This document shows positions 13,629-25,999 of a DNA stretch of 64,000 bases, one piece after another. Below the pieces are notes generated by a model. That model was not told the DNA's origin and did no database searches. It saw only the letters and a list, made by a program, of their open reading frames with translations. Position numbers and translations under genes: made by a program. Within the stretch, counting starts at the first letter, position 1, and each line of letters opens with the position of its first letter. This stretch comes from Phoronis australis (lineage: Eukaryota > Animalia > Phoronida), in the NCBI GenBank assembly GCA_002633005.1, contig NMRA01000372.1, positions 39,098-103,097 on the forward strand, written 5' to 3'.

Positions 13629-14156
13629 GAGTTTTGGTTTTGGAATTGTACCCATTCGAAGTAGTGGACTTTAATTCGAAGGTGGCGAACCTTCGAAGTT
13701 GTGAACCTTCGGAGTCGCGAACCTTCGGAATAGTGGCATTTAACCTTGGAAATCTTTTCCAACAAGTTAGTTGCTCGAAGGAAGTCTGTGAGGATGTGCA
13801 CCATTGACCGACTATTGACAAGAGAAGTCTATCTTTATTGACCAAAGTTTTTATTGGGTCTAGACCTATTTTCCGCCAAAATGTGAACATGCTCGTTATT
13901 GTTTTCTCTGTGCAAGAAAGCACGGTTATAGTTAAATTTTGGTTTTTGGGCAACGGCGGAGGGCTGCCTATAGTTAATTTACACTCGGCTTCTCCAGAAT
14001 TTAAAATGCCGGAAACGCACACACGTGTACTCGCATGCATATTAATCCACCAATCCACAATCGAAGTGGTCACTGGATGAAAAACATACTTGTATTTGAC
14101 GAACACTTTGAATTCCAAATTTGAAAAACACCTGCCCTTTACCGTACTATGCTAGC

Positions 14157-14750
14157 CTCGCTGGTTCCCTGCATTCCACTAGATGGTAGCCAAAACGCAG
14201 GTATCATTAAAATTTCCACGGGAAAATTTTTTACACCGGTGTTTCTGATTAGCTAGTTGAATTTTCAACAAGTAGCGATTTACGCAAACAAACTAGCATG
14301 ACTTATGAAGGAAGTGTGAATGTGGTCTTTTGTACAGACAAATCGGTGCTTAAAATTCATGTTCAAGAAACGTTAATCTTAGAAAACTGTGGTTGCACCT
14401 TTTCGGAGTGCATGTTTCTACTGCCGCTGTCTTTTGTTTACGTTGTTGCCATGTATTCATACAGTTTGAATAACACCAGTTAAATCGGCCAGCTAACGAT
14501 GTGTTTATCACTTTATTGTACATGCATGTGCTTCAAGCACGCGGCTATTAAACATTACCGTAGAAACGAAATAATTGCTGCTATGCCACATGCATGGCAC
14601 CAGACAAGGCTAAAAATCGTTCATAGTTCTCCATTTTCTCACTTTGTCGTAAAGCTAACCAATGACTGCCGAGGTTACATCAACCAATGGCAATAGCTTG
14701 CTCTATGCCTAATACCTGCGTGTGATCTCTACATGCATGGAACCAGCGAG
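14157..14750. mobile_element. Non-autonomous DNA transposon, copy 1, with apparent 9-bp TSD (TATGCTAGC/TATGCTGGC)
   Basis: TIRs CTCGCTGGTTCC / GGAACCAGCGAG; colinear inverted copy at 18233-18773. Confidence 0.8.
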
Positions 14751-15244
14751 TATGCTGGCAAGCAATATCAGATAACAAACCTATTTTCTGCTGTTTTGTT
14801 TCTTGGTTGATTTTAAGATATTCACATCGCACTACTTTTTGGGAGTTCTCTCGCTGCTATACAGCTTAGCTATACGTATAGACATGTACTTCTAAACTCC
14901 CTTGCTGCCTTACGGCGTAACCACCACGTGTGTCCAATGCCGATGAGTAACATGAAGCCTTCTCTAATAGTTTGCACGATCCTGTCATCTTAGCAAATAC
15001 CACTCGGGCGAAGTTGGCCTGGTTCGGCCTGATGATTACGTGAATCGCTTTGAATCCGAAGCAAATTCATATTTATCACTAACTCGTCAGTTATCATTGT
15101 AGTTAGTAGTACCAGTAGCTGCAACAATTTTGTTGTTGTCCATCTGAATCCTATCTTTAGCGGATAGGCTGGGGCTGGACCTTTTCCGCGGAGGGGAGCT
15201 CGATCGAACCCCTCGACCTCCCAGGTTACAGGCCTGCCTATTTA

Positions 15245-15794
15245 TATGGAGCGGCATAAAGTTCTCAAACAAGTACTTCTCTGCGCGTTGAAATATGCTT
15301 AATCAACTCAAAGTTTTTCTTAATCAACGCGACCGTACTTTTAGTTCTTAAAGGACCATCGTTCTGCTCTTATTCCACGCGTAGTGTTGCATAATTAACG
15401 CGTAGTTTTTCTTAATCAACGCGTAGTTTTAGTTCTTAAAAGATCATCGTTCTGCTCTTATTCAACGCGCACTTTTGTTTAATCAACGCGAAGTTTTACT
15501 TATTTAACGTAGTTCGAACCATTCCTGTTCCTAACAAAGTTAAAGGCGCCATTATTTACATGGTGACTTTATAAGAACGTGCAACAGTCTTCAAAAGGTT
15601 GCCTTGCACCCATGTACAAAATCTTTCGCCATTTTGAGATTTGAGAGCAAGGGTGTGATTAGACTATTGTGAATTGACTAAAAGTACGTGATTGTGTAAA
15701 ACTATGTGTTGATTAAGCAAAACTACGCATTGATTAAGCACATTGCAACGCGCAAAAGGTACTCGTTCAAGAACCCTTTCATTGGCGCTTCATA
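15245..15794. mobile_element. MITE with ~60-bp imperfect TIRs and internal TAATCAACGCGTAGTTTT subrepeats
   Basis: TATGGAGCG...GCGCGTTG.AAT.TGCTTAATCAA is mirrored at the right end; no clean TSD. Confidence 0.6.
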
Positions 15795-17311
15795 CCTTTT
15801 GGTCAATTCTTATTAACCTATCGCAAGCTCCGCCTCCTTGCGTAATGTCGACTAACAAATAATAAGTTTTACCCAGTAGCGTGTTGTTTGTCGGGTAAAA
15901 AAGCGGCTTGGAAACGAAGGTGTGCCAATCATGCTGCGTTCTAAAGGGTCAGTTAAGCTGTCACTCAAAATGCTGGCGATAGGTCAATTTGGCGTGAACG
16001 TGATACATTTGGAAGTTCAATGTTCGTTAGGTGTCGAGTCAGCTCACAGTGACGTATAATATTGCTTGGCTGAGTCGTCACAAGGCTAGACAAAGGGCAT
16101 CCCATATGTTTAAGCTCATGCGCCGTTATCAACCATAATAATCATTCCTAGTAATTTTCATTGTTAGATTAAACACTTGATAAATAAAACAAACTTCAAA
16201 GTATGCAATTTTTGTAATTGAAAAGTTAAACTTCACCTAAATAAAATTTTATACATGCGCTCCTTGATTTTGCTCAAGTGTTTCCAATATGCGCATAATT
16301 CAGTACACAATGTACACCGTGTTAGCCCAACTGTAGATATTGCACCACTGGCCTAAATTCGAGCATTTACGGTAACTGTGAAGGCATGGAACTAAATAAT
16401 AACAATGCACAGGCGTTCACTTTAATTATGCCAATGAAAATACAAGGTTAAGCAAAGCAAAGCTCTACACAGATTAATGACCGTCTTTCCACTAAAGATA
16501 CAAAAGTATTTAAAGACATTAATGATTTCACTGCCGAAAACGCAACAATGAGATAAGCTTTGATAACTTTTTAAAGATTTTAGCTTTGAAAGTAGAACAA
16601 TGAAATTCGTTGTGGTTTCGAGATTTCATTACAATGCTCTCCGTTTTCGGCTAGACATTCATTGAAAACAAGGCCGGTGATTTTATCTGTAAAATAGTTA
16701 TGCAGCAATGTGCGTGGGCTGTGCGGCGTTTAGCTAGTGAGCCAACAAAATGAAGCGTGCCGGTTGCAACTACAGAGTTTAAACGTTGTCACCGCGGTGG
16801 GTTTAATGTCAGAAAAAGGCCTTACTAGCTGATAATGACGCTTTAAAATGTGAATATCCCCGATTGTGTTACGGGTGATTGTTTAAAACGTTGATGTAAG
16901 TGAAATTACGTGGACATGAATCTATTTGCGCTCTCGTCCCAGGTATTGTTAACATTTGGCCTTCTGTAAATCCCACGCCACTTACAGTTACAAAGTGTTA
17001 CAGAGTTTCGTTTATTTGCCCAAAATGGTTGCGTGAGTAAATTTACTTATGAGTACAATTTACTTATACGTGTGAAATTAAATTGACTGGAAAGAGCAAG
17101 GATGCAATAAAACCAACGCCCTTGAAAGGACCGCCATTATGAGATAAGGTACATTTAGCTTGAAAAGTGAACCATTCTTACACGTATATTGATACAGCTT
17201 AATGTTTGAAATTATAAATGAATGCACCTCGTATGTGCTTTGTTTGGTGATGCTGGTCCGCTGATGCGTTTTCGTACGACTTCTGCAAACAGTGAATCAA
17301 AGTACTTGTAA

Positions 17312-17610
17312 CAAAGGCGGATTTACGGAGGGCGGCAGGCCCCCCTGCTGCCGCAAGCAAAACGAAACAGCAACAGCGTGAAGCGTGCGGAAATATTTAG
17401 TTCTGCAACCAGGACCAGTAGTTACCCCAGATCGCGGGGGTATCGCGTTCCCGTTTTTTCTTTAGTCCACTGATAGATTTTCTGAACAGCGGGTCCACAT
17501 CCCCGGCCCCCCAACTTTCGGCCGCCTGTGCACATACAATCGTGCTTTGTCCAATTCCCCGATGCAACGTGTTGGGCTAACCACCTTATGGTATCCTAGA
17601 TCCGCGACTG
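17312..17610. mobile_element. Related hAT-type MITE of about 300 bp (TSD TGTAA/TGTGA)
   Basis: Ends CAAAGGCGGATTTA / TAGATCCGCGACTG; GC-rich interior. Confidence 0.55.
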
Positions 17611-17902
17611 TGTGATATGCTTTTGTTAGGCCAAAGTTGCGTGATTATCAAAACTATCTTTTGACCTTATTAACTTTGTTTTGATCGACTAAAAGGTTCA
17701 AAATATTGTTTGTGGTAAATTAAATATGCCAAATTTACAAAAAGCCTCCAATAAGGCAATGTTCCTCTTTAGTGAAGCACAACAGTGATTAAATACTTGA
17801 AAGGCAAATACATGTTTCGTAGCTTCAGTAAAAGACGACAGAATACCCTTCCAAGTTGCAAGGAATGCAAATTTTAATCACGTCATTGCACGACGTACTT
17901 AC

Positions 17903-18059
17903 TTGGATAGTATTTTGTGACAGAATTCGTCTTCCCTGAAAGTCCCCATATCGCTGCGTCTGCTTCTTCGTCGTATTTTATAAACAAAATGAAAAGTACG
18001 AGAAACAATATTTCAAATGCGGCGAGAATCGTCGCGAACTTTCCCCTTATCCAGGCCAT
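17903..18059 (-). CDS. Rh-type ammonium transporter gene B, coding exon 1 (MAWIRGKFATILAAFE...SVTKYYP)
   Basis: Same length (157 nt), phase and GTAAGT donor as gene A exon 1; about 79% nucleotide identity by manual count (33 differences). Confidence 0.92.
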
Positions 18060-18113
18060 AATTAAGATGCGGACGGGAATCGACGAAAGTTTTTTCCAAA
18101 GCCACCGAAGTAC

Positions 18114-18186
18114 GCAGGTGCTAAATACTGACTATTTTTGTTTAAACCGCACAAGGAAGAGTATGCTGAATCCGAATTCCAAACAC
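18114..18186 (-). promoter_or_regulatory. Putative core promoter of Rh gene B, homologous to that of gene A, with TATA variant TTTAAACA
   Basis: Colinear blocks TTGGAATT, CTTCC..GTGCGG, AAAA.TAGTC and GCACCTGC are shared with 43683-43756. Confidence 0.5.
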
Positions 18187-18232
18187 AATACTTCTGATAT
18201 CCGAAAGGGGCGCTCCACAACACGTATGTTAT

Positions 18233-18773
18233 CTCGCTGGTTCCCTGCGTGCTTAGCCCAGTCAGCACGCAGGTATCACGCAGTGGCACGCGCTTCAGCA
18301 TTCGTCGATGTAACCTCGGCAGTCATTGGTTAGCTTTACAACACCGTGAAAAAATGGCGGACTGTGAACGATTTTTAGCCTTGTCATGCAAGTGGCGTCG
18401 CAGCAACTATTTCGTTTCTGCAGTGATGTTTAATAGCCGCGTGCTTGAAGCACATGCATGTAAAATAAACTCATATCTAGCACATTTAACTGGTGTGTTA
18501 TTCATACTGTATGAATACAGGACACTATCGTAAACAAAAGAAATTGACAGTAGAAAGATGTATTCCGAAAAGGCGCAATCACAATTTCTGAGCTTCACAT
18601 TTCCCATTTGTCTGTACAACACATTTACACTTTAGTCCATCAGTCATGCCAGTTGAGAATTCGAGTAGCCAATCAGAAACGCCGGGGTAAAAAATTTCCC
18701 GAGGAAAATTAAGTGATACCTGCGTGCTGGCGCGGCTACCGTCCCACCTAGCGGCACGCAGGGAACCAGCGAG
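18233..18773. mobile_element. Same family, copy 2, with perfect 9-bp TSD GTATGTTAT, about 170 bp upstream of the Rh gene B ATG
   Basis: 20-bp perfect TIR CTCGCTGGTTCCCTGCGTGC; interior is the reverse complement of 14157-14750. Confidence 0.85.
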
Positions 18774-20034
18774 GTATGTTATTCGCATATATACATACGG
18801 TAACTCTGAACCATGGAAATGTAGAACTGGAATGCCAACTTCGATTTTAATGCACATATAACAGTGCTGCTCAGGAATCGAATTAACATTACATCAGGGC
18901 AACAGGTGTCACGTGATGAATACCTTGCCGGTAGGCGGTTGAAACAACACAATTCGATTTGAATATAATAACGAGTATATATTGATTAAACGTTTAATAA
19001 ATTTCCTCAAATAAATTGTTTAAATTCACAAAGAACGTTATTCTGATCAGTCTGTGATAACGTTTTCCCTTTCTTGGCTTCGTCCTTGGATCTAGTGTTA
19101 CATTTGTTGTCTGTGACGAATTTCCTTTCTCTTGATCATGCGATCCAGTGCTCCAAGCAGTCTTCATAGACTTGATGAAATGCTTCGAAACAATCATCAA
19201 GTTCACTCCGTCGAATATCTTACATGTTAACATGAGTTCAGACCATCGAAGTCTAGATACAATACATCCCCTTGAAATCCAGTCCCTAGAATTTCTGCTA
19301 CAATGTATCAGATTGAAATTCAATCCATCGAATTTCTATTACCTGTGATATTTTTTAGCAAACCAGTAGCATCTCTTCAAGAATATCTGCGATATCTCTG
19401 TAGCAAGCTGGTTTCCTCTCGTCAAGAAATATACCTTCTTGAGTAGCTAACAGAATACTTATACTCAAAAAGAATACATGTGGGCGAGTTAGATCAAAAC
19501 ATAAAACCCAAAAATTTCTTCCAAATGCTACTCATAGTTCCAAAACAATTCTCGGAGCAAAATCGTTGGATTCCAACTATGAACCAAACTATCGCCAAAT
19601 ATGGTCACGGGCAGACAAAGCTTTAAGTAATTTCTAATGAATAATATGGCTATTGTTGTTGTCAAAAATGACTCGCCCCAAAGTTGACCAATTCCGGTGA
19701 ATTTAAAGTTACATAACTATGCATTAACATAAACACATGGTCAAGGGCAAATATGCTGCTTCATGTCCTATGCACTCATATCAGGAAACAAATTTCAGTA
19801 CACAGCCAATACATTTAATTAATTACATAACAACCACTATATACTTGATTAATGCTTCTCATACAATATTGTTCTCATCTACATAGTTAAACCAAGTTGT
19901 AATGTATCTGTATAATACTAATGATATCAATATTAAATAAATGACATGTTCATCCTACATAAAAGCTTCCCGTAACACATAACAGGAATGAATTATAGGA
20001 AAAACAGAAACTAGTTATAATATATACACGCATA

Positions 20035-20071
20035 AACACACACACGCACGCACGCACGCACGCACGCACAC
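20035..20071. repeat. (CA)n-(CACG)n microsatellite
   Basis: Directly visible. Confidence 0.9.
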
Positions 20072-22386
20072 ATACGCTAAGATGCACAAATGAACTCGCG
20101 AATATCTACATAACACACCTGTTCATAACGTCTAAACTTTTCATTTAAAATAGCAGAACAGTCGGAACCCAAATGTTGCTCGTTTCCGTAAAATTCTGTA
20201 ACAGGATTATAAAACCCAAAGAATGGTTTATTTAAACACTCCTATCAAATAGTTTGACAGGTTGTCGAAAGTGGCTCTAAGATTGGAGCTAAAAGGACAT
20301 CAGAGACCAGACTATACCCGCATCCAGCCTGGTGACGGGTCGCTGCCTATAGGGAATGGCCTGTGTAATATTGACGAGTTTGGTGATTAATTTTGTCGAC
20401 CGAAAAATCGTTGGTTGTCTGAAAACGTGACCCAACAGTCTCGCTTGATGAACAAAAACGACAAATGAAAACGAAGCAATGAAATTAGGCTTGATTTGAT
20501 AACTACTATACTACACCAAAACTTGAGCAGCGGAATTCACAGCGCGAACTCACGCCGTCAGTCCCGTAAAATCTCGAGGTCGGATGCTCTAACACAAGAA
20601 TGCACGGTTACTTGCAGTAGTTGGCATGCTATGTCTATCTGGAGTTCTATGCTCTCTAAATATATTTTAAGAAATGTGGATTTTGCAAAAATATTAAATT
20701 TCAGACGTTGTTAACGTAGAACCACATTGAATACCAATCCGGCTGCATCATGTGGTGATTATTCCACGATTTGGGGAACTCTGGGAAAATGAAAAACAAA
20801 GTCGGAACGTACAGGCCGTATTCAAATCTAATAAGACTAACGGAATATGAGGCGAGAACCAAAAAGTCGCATGAATTCTGAAACGTGTGGAAAAATAAAG
20901 CCGAACTCAGAAAGAACGTGTCATGCGAAGCACCGTGAAATCAAAAGAAACGATTTTAACTGAATAAAAGGATATGTTCTGAAAGTACAAAGCCCATAGG
21001 TTTTTAAAATTTTTCCTAATCAGGAAATAATTAGGTAACGTGAATACGTATTTAAAGTAAAGTTTAGCAAAAAAAACAATGCTATCAATAACACGATAAA
21101 AGTTTATTCACACACATAATCAAGATGAGATTTAAATATCGCATTTACAGTTTTCTTAAAATATTATTAATTTTAGTTTTATGCAACTTCCAAGTTTTTT
21201 CATGAAAATCATAAAAATCCTACCGATGCCAAAGCGTGTGCAAAGCATAGTGTGTGAGTTTCATACAAATCCAACCAGTGTTTCTGAGATATGATGTTCC
21301 AAAATCAGCCAAATTTGTGCTCGACACATCAAAAGAGTACGATCTGGGAATCACAGCTATTATTTGAGGCAAGAACGGTGGGTGTTCATTTTGAGTCTGT
21401 CATACGGCGATTCAGGTCGTGGAATATAAAGCCAAGTGTCCAGATGCGGCTCATACATTATACAACCACATTGCCTTGCTTCGTCCATCGTCAACACACG
21501 GTGCGCTGCAAAACAACGTATCCTACTGATGACAAAATGATTTCCCGCTTCGATACTCAAAGAGCGCAGCTACACGATTTTAAAACACGTTTCAAACACT
21601 AATCCCAAAACACATAATTATGAAACAACACAATAGCATCCTTTGACACAAAACACAAAAAGATTCCAAAATGACACACACTTCGCTTGAAGCAGAACAC
21701 ATCTGAAACCGTATCAGTTTCCAATTGGCACAAACGTAAGTTCTTAAGTTATAAATGTTTTCTAACAGAACAGGAGGCCACTTCACCTACAAACCAAGGT
21801 CTCTGCGTATTAACAAATTCCGTTTGCGAACTTGTGAACCCATTTATTGGCATTTTTTCTAAATTCCCGTCCATGACCCTATATGCATACGCCTTTTCGC
21901 TTTGACCAGTCATTTTTTGGAAAAAGTAGACATTTTGATTTCTGACCCAGATTAGTTAGCGTCCTATGCTGCGATTCCCTTCCATACTTGTGTCCACCCT
22001 CGGCAGGTGTCGCGCTCTCTCATCTTGGTACCTTCTTAAAGCTTCCACACAACCTGCGTTCCGTCAAAGAAACGAACTTTTAATTTACACTTCGCCAGGC
22101 GACGTGAAACTGATCTGAATTTGTTGCGTTCTTTGTTGAGAAGTGACTTTTTGCTCGGTGTTGCTCAAGACAATCATGTTGAGCCTAGCTCTAAACAGTA
22201 AGGAGTTGTCAGTTCTTTCGTTGCCCCAAAAGCACTCCTAGTTTTGTAAAAAAAACACAGTGCGACCAATTTCTTATCTGTAAGTAGAATAAAGCAAAAG
22301 TCGCTTTTTTCTGAATGAAGGCAGGTTTATAGGAAACCCATTAAAGAAATCCGCAACATGTAGAAACCCAACACCAGCAGTGATTA

Positions 22387-22534
22387 CAGTGACGGGTTTA
22401 NACGAGGCTTTGGTCCTCCTAAAATTCTCCCATATTCTATTTGGCACTTCGGGGGTGCGAATGTCCGACACGCAAAATCCTGGCTAATACTCTGCCCTGT
22501 CGCCTCCCAACTCAAAATCCGGGATCCGCTTCTG
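22387..22534 (+). mobile_element. hAT-type MITE with 5-bp TSD (GATTA); contains an N
   Basis: CAGTGACGGGTTT...GGATCCGCTTCTG; internal sequence similar to 51361-51503. Confidence 0.72.
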
Positions 22535-22614
22535 GATTACTCTCCGCCTCGAATTAATTTCTATGACCACCAGTCATCGCGTGAGCCCGCATAACAACTG
22601 GCAGACGCACTTAG

Positions 22615-25600
22615 AAATGTATTGACCGGGATCCCACAGGATTTTTGGCATGAAAAGGTAACCGATTTTATTTGATACCACAGTGATCCATGGGCACCCC
22701 AATGCTAGGGAATGGCCATCTGAAAGATTGACTCGCCGGGTGGGTCAGGTCAGGAGGGGTGGCGGCGTGAGAATGCCACTCAAAATTGAGCTAGATCACA
22801 GCTTATCTTGTCGATCCACTTAAAATACGTGCAACTCCTACTAGTGAATCAACATCATCCACAGCCAATTTCAGTTGTGAACATCCTTCTGATGATTTTA
22901 AATGAGGCCAAAAAGTGAGCTATATCAGCCCAAGAGGTCGGTAATGACATGAAAATGGTTAAAAATCTCCAACATAGATCAATGTATCATGAATGAACAC
23001 GACCAGATAAATTCAGTGGTGCATCACACACCCAAGTTTCTCATTGAGTTGAGCTTGTCCAACCCACCAGATACCCGGTTCAATCCAACGGTAAAACATC
23101 CAACATCACTCCACGTGGCAAAGTAGTTAGGTGCCAGACAATTTCAGGGTTGGGTTGCCTTTTCAGATGTCTGAAAATTGAGCTAGACCAACACAAGAGG
23201 TATAACCACATGAAACTGGTAACAATTTATTCAAAATAACCGCAGGTAACAGGAATGAACACTGTCAGACAAATCCGGTGGTGGATTAATCCCGCCAGTC
23301 ACGCCCAGACCTCAGAGTTGAGCTGGACCAACCCACCAGGTAACCAGTTGAAACCAAGTGCAATGTGTTCCATACCACTCCACATGTGAGGCAACTGTTA
23401 CATACAACACAGTGTCAGTGGTGGCGTGCTTCGGCCGAACAAAAATAAAGGGTCAAAGCCAAGTAGCGTATAAAATGAATGAATCCAACATGAGGCAGCG
23501 TAAAATTGCCCAAAGTGACCACTGTCCAATTTTACTCCCAGCTTCAGTTATTATCGTATTGTCGCACATGACTGTTGACACTTGTTTCAACAACAAAAAA
23601 ACAACGACAACGACGACGACGACGGCGGCGGCGGCGACGACGACGACGGCGGCGGCGACGACGACGAAGGCGACGACGACGACGACGACGACGACGATGG
23701 CTATGACGACAACATGCATAATATTAAAATAAACTTCCGTCAACACCCGTCCATGGGAGATGTACGCCGTATTTATGCAAAACTAGGCTTCTCATAGGTA
23801 TATTTTATCAAATTTATCAAGGCCGACTGTTTTTAGACTAATGTCACCCAAACCAATACCTCGGTTTTACGTGGATGGTATATAAGTAGTCGCATTTTTC
23901 TGTCGTGTAAGCTATGAATGTGCCGCAAATGCCTGTATTTCCGTGGTTCAGATGCATAGTCACAAAACCCTTGAAAGTTGAATTGCTGATAACAGGTTTT
24001 CCTACACATTTTATCGATATTATCGGCAAAATAATTGTTCAAATACATGTTGTCTGCACTATTTCAAACAGGTGGTTTACAACAATTACAGGGACTCAGC
24101 CCGCAAGTTGATTAGGTACTGCATATTGGCCCAAGACATTTTTACGGAGAAATCCAAATTCTCATGCGTCTTGATGCATGTACATCGGAAGGATAACATT
24201 GTTCATGAAAATTTGAGGGGTTTAGGTGAACCAGGAATATGCACAATACACACAAGTCCAGATATGTCTTTTCTATGGCTGGCCCTCGCAACTTCCGGGA
24301 CTTCGATGCATCAGTGTTGTACATACTTAGAAAAATCAAGCATTGAACTAAATGTGAGGTATAACTATTGTAACTCATTATTTTAATCGCCAATTCACGC
24401 ATTACTCATAAATTGCGGGCATAGAGAACTAGAACAATACGTCGAGACCAATGGACCCAATGACAATCAATAATACCCCGACAATGATGGACGTATTTCT
24501 CGTATTGGACCTCCCAAATTATGCCACTGATACAGAAGACTGTTTCAACAGAAGTTGATATTCGCAGAAGCAATTTGCAAAAAGTGTTGGAAAACTACTA
24601 CGCAAAACGACGCATTCTCTGTGCAACATTCGATCAATAATGCGTTGACGGTGTCAATCATTGACTGTCCCTCAGTTTAGAGTGACAGAACGCTTACAGT
24701 AGACGATAAAAACGACAACGAACAAATGGCATCACTGGGCGTGAACATCGGTAATTCTGATATCCTATGATGGGGTATGCTCCACCTGTTCTGGTTGGTA
24801 TTGAACTGAGAATCCGAAATAACCGCTGTGCCAACAGATTTTTGCGACTACTGAACTTTGTACACTAAAGGCTATTCAATATCTTAAGATGTATTAATAA
24901 AATTATTTTTGAGACACAGGATACCAAGCAGTTTTCATTCATAGTAAATGTGATTTCCAGCCGAATAGTTTTGATCTTGGCATTTTGTCTACCTGTGGTA
25001 TCTCACCTCCGAACTTGCCAATCATATAACAGTTGTGCCATGTGAAGTGATCCTGAACATGTTGCAACTGATTTCAACCGGTTACCTAATGGGTTGATCT
25101 AACTCAATCGGGAGGTTTGGGCGGGTCTGGCGGTGGTTTCCCACCACAGGATTTGTTCATTCATTACGCATGGTTTTACGTGGAATCTCTTGAGTTCATC
25201 TAGCTCAGTCGTGGGACCCCATTATTTTTTGTCTCGCAGAGGAACCCCCGCTGAAATTGTCTTTCATATAACATGTGTGTCATATGGATTGATGCTGAAC
25301 GTTATGCAGTTAGGCTCAACTGGTTACAGGGTGGGTTGATCTGACTCAACTCCAAGGTTTGGACGTGTCTGTCGGGGGTTGATCCACCATTGGATTTTTC
25401 TAGCGGTGTTCTTTCACTATACATTGGGTTATGTTGAATATTTTGTAACCGAATTCATGTGGTTACCTGTTCGGTTGATCTAGTTCAATTTTCGGACCCC
25501 ATTATTTTATCTGGCGGGGGCACCCCACCGCTGAAATTGTCTGGCATGCAACGGCAACGCACTGTGGAGTGATGTTGGGTGTTGCACAGTTGGCTGCAAA

Positions 25601-25999
25601 CGGTTACCTGGTGGGTTGGACTAATCAACTCGTGGGTATATAATACACCACTGAATTTGTCTGTCTGTGTTCATCCATGATACATTGTTGAATAATTTGG
25701 AACCGTTTTCATGCGGTCACCTCTTAGGTTGAATTAGCTCAATTTTTGGCCTCAGTTATAATCGCCTGGCTGATATTCCCCACCACTGAAATTGTCTGGC
25801 AGTGGATAATTTTGATACGATGAATAGAGCAGCAGTTGTCGCAGGTATCTTTAAGTGGTTACCTGAAAAGTTGGTCAACCCCTCCCTGACCACACCCACC
25901 ATAGCGAACCAGCTAGATGGCGATTTCCATTGGGACACCCATGCATTACAGTGGAATCATCGAAAGTCAAGACCTCTGGGATCCCAGTCTAATACATTT
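22615..25999. mobile_element. Foldback-like element: long degenerate inverted arms (22615-~23405 and ~25023-25999) built of subrepeats around a 1.6-kb spacer
   Basis: AAATGTATTGACCGGGATCCCACAGG matches the reverse complement of 25973-25999, and 23341-23404 matches the reverse complement of 25023-25084. The motif CAACCCACCAG.TA.CC.GTT recurs in both arms. Confidence 0.7.
23590..23712. repeat. Compound (AAC/GAC/GGC)n microsatellite
   Basis: Directly visible. Confidence 0.95.

Noticed and set aside
17917-18333. Similar plus-strand ORFs at 17917-18333 and 43488-43991
   Set aside because: Antisense shadows of the two Rh first exons.
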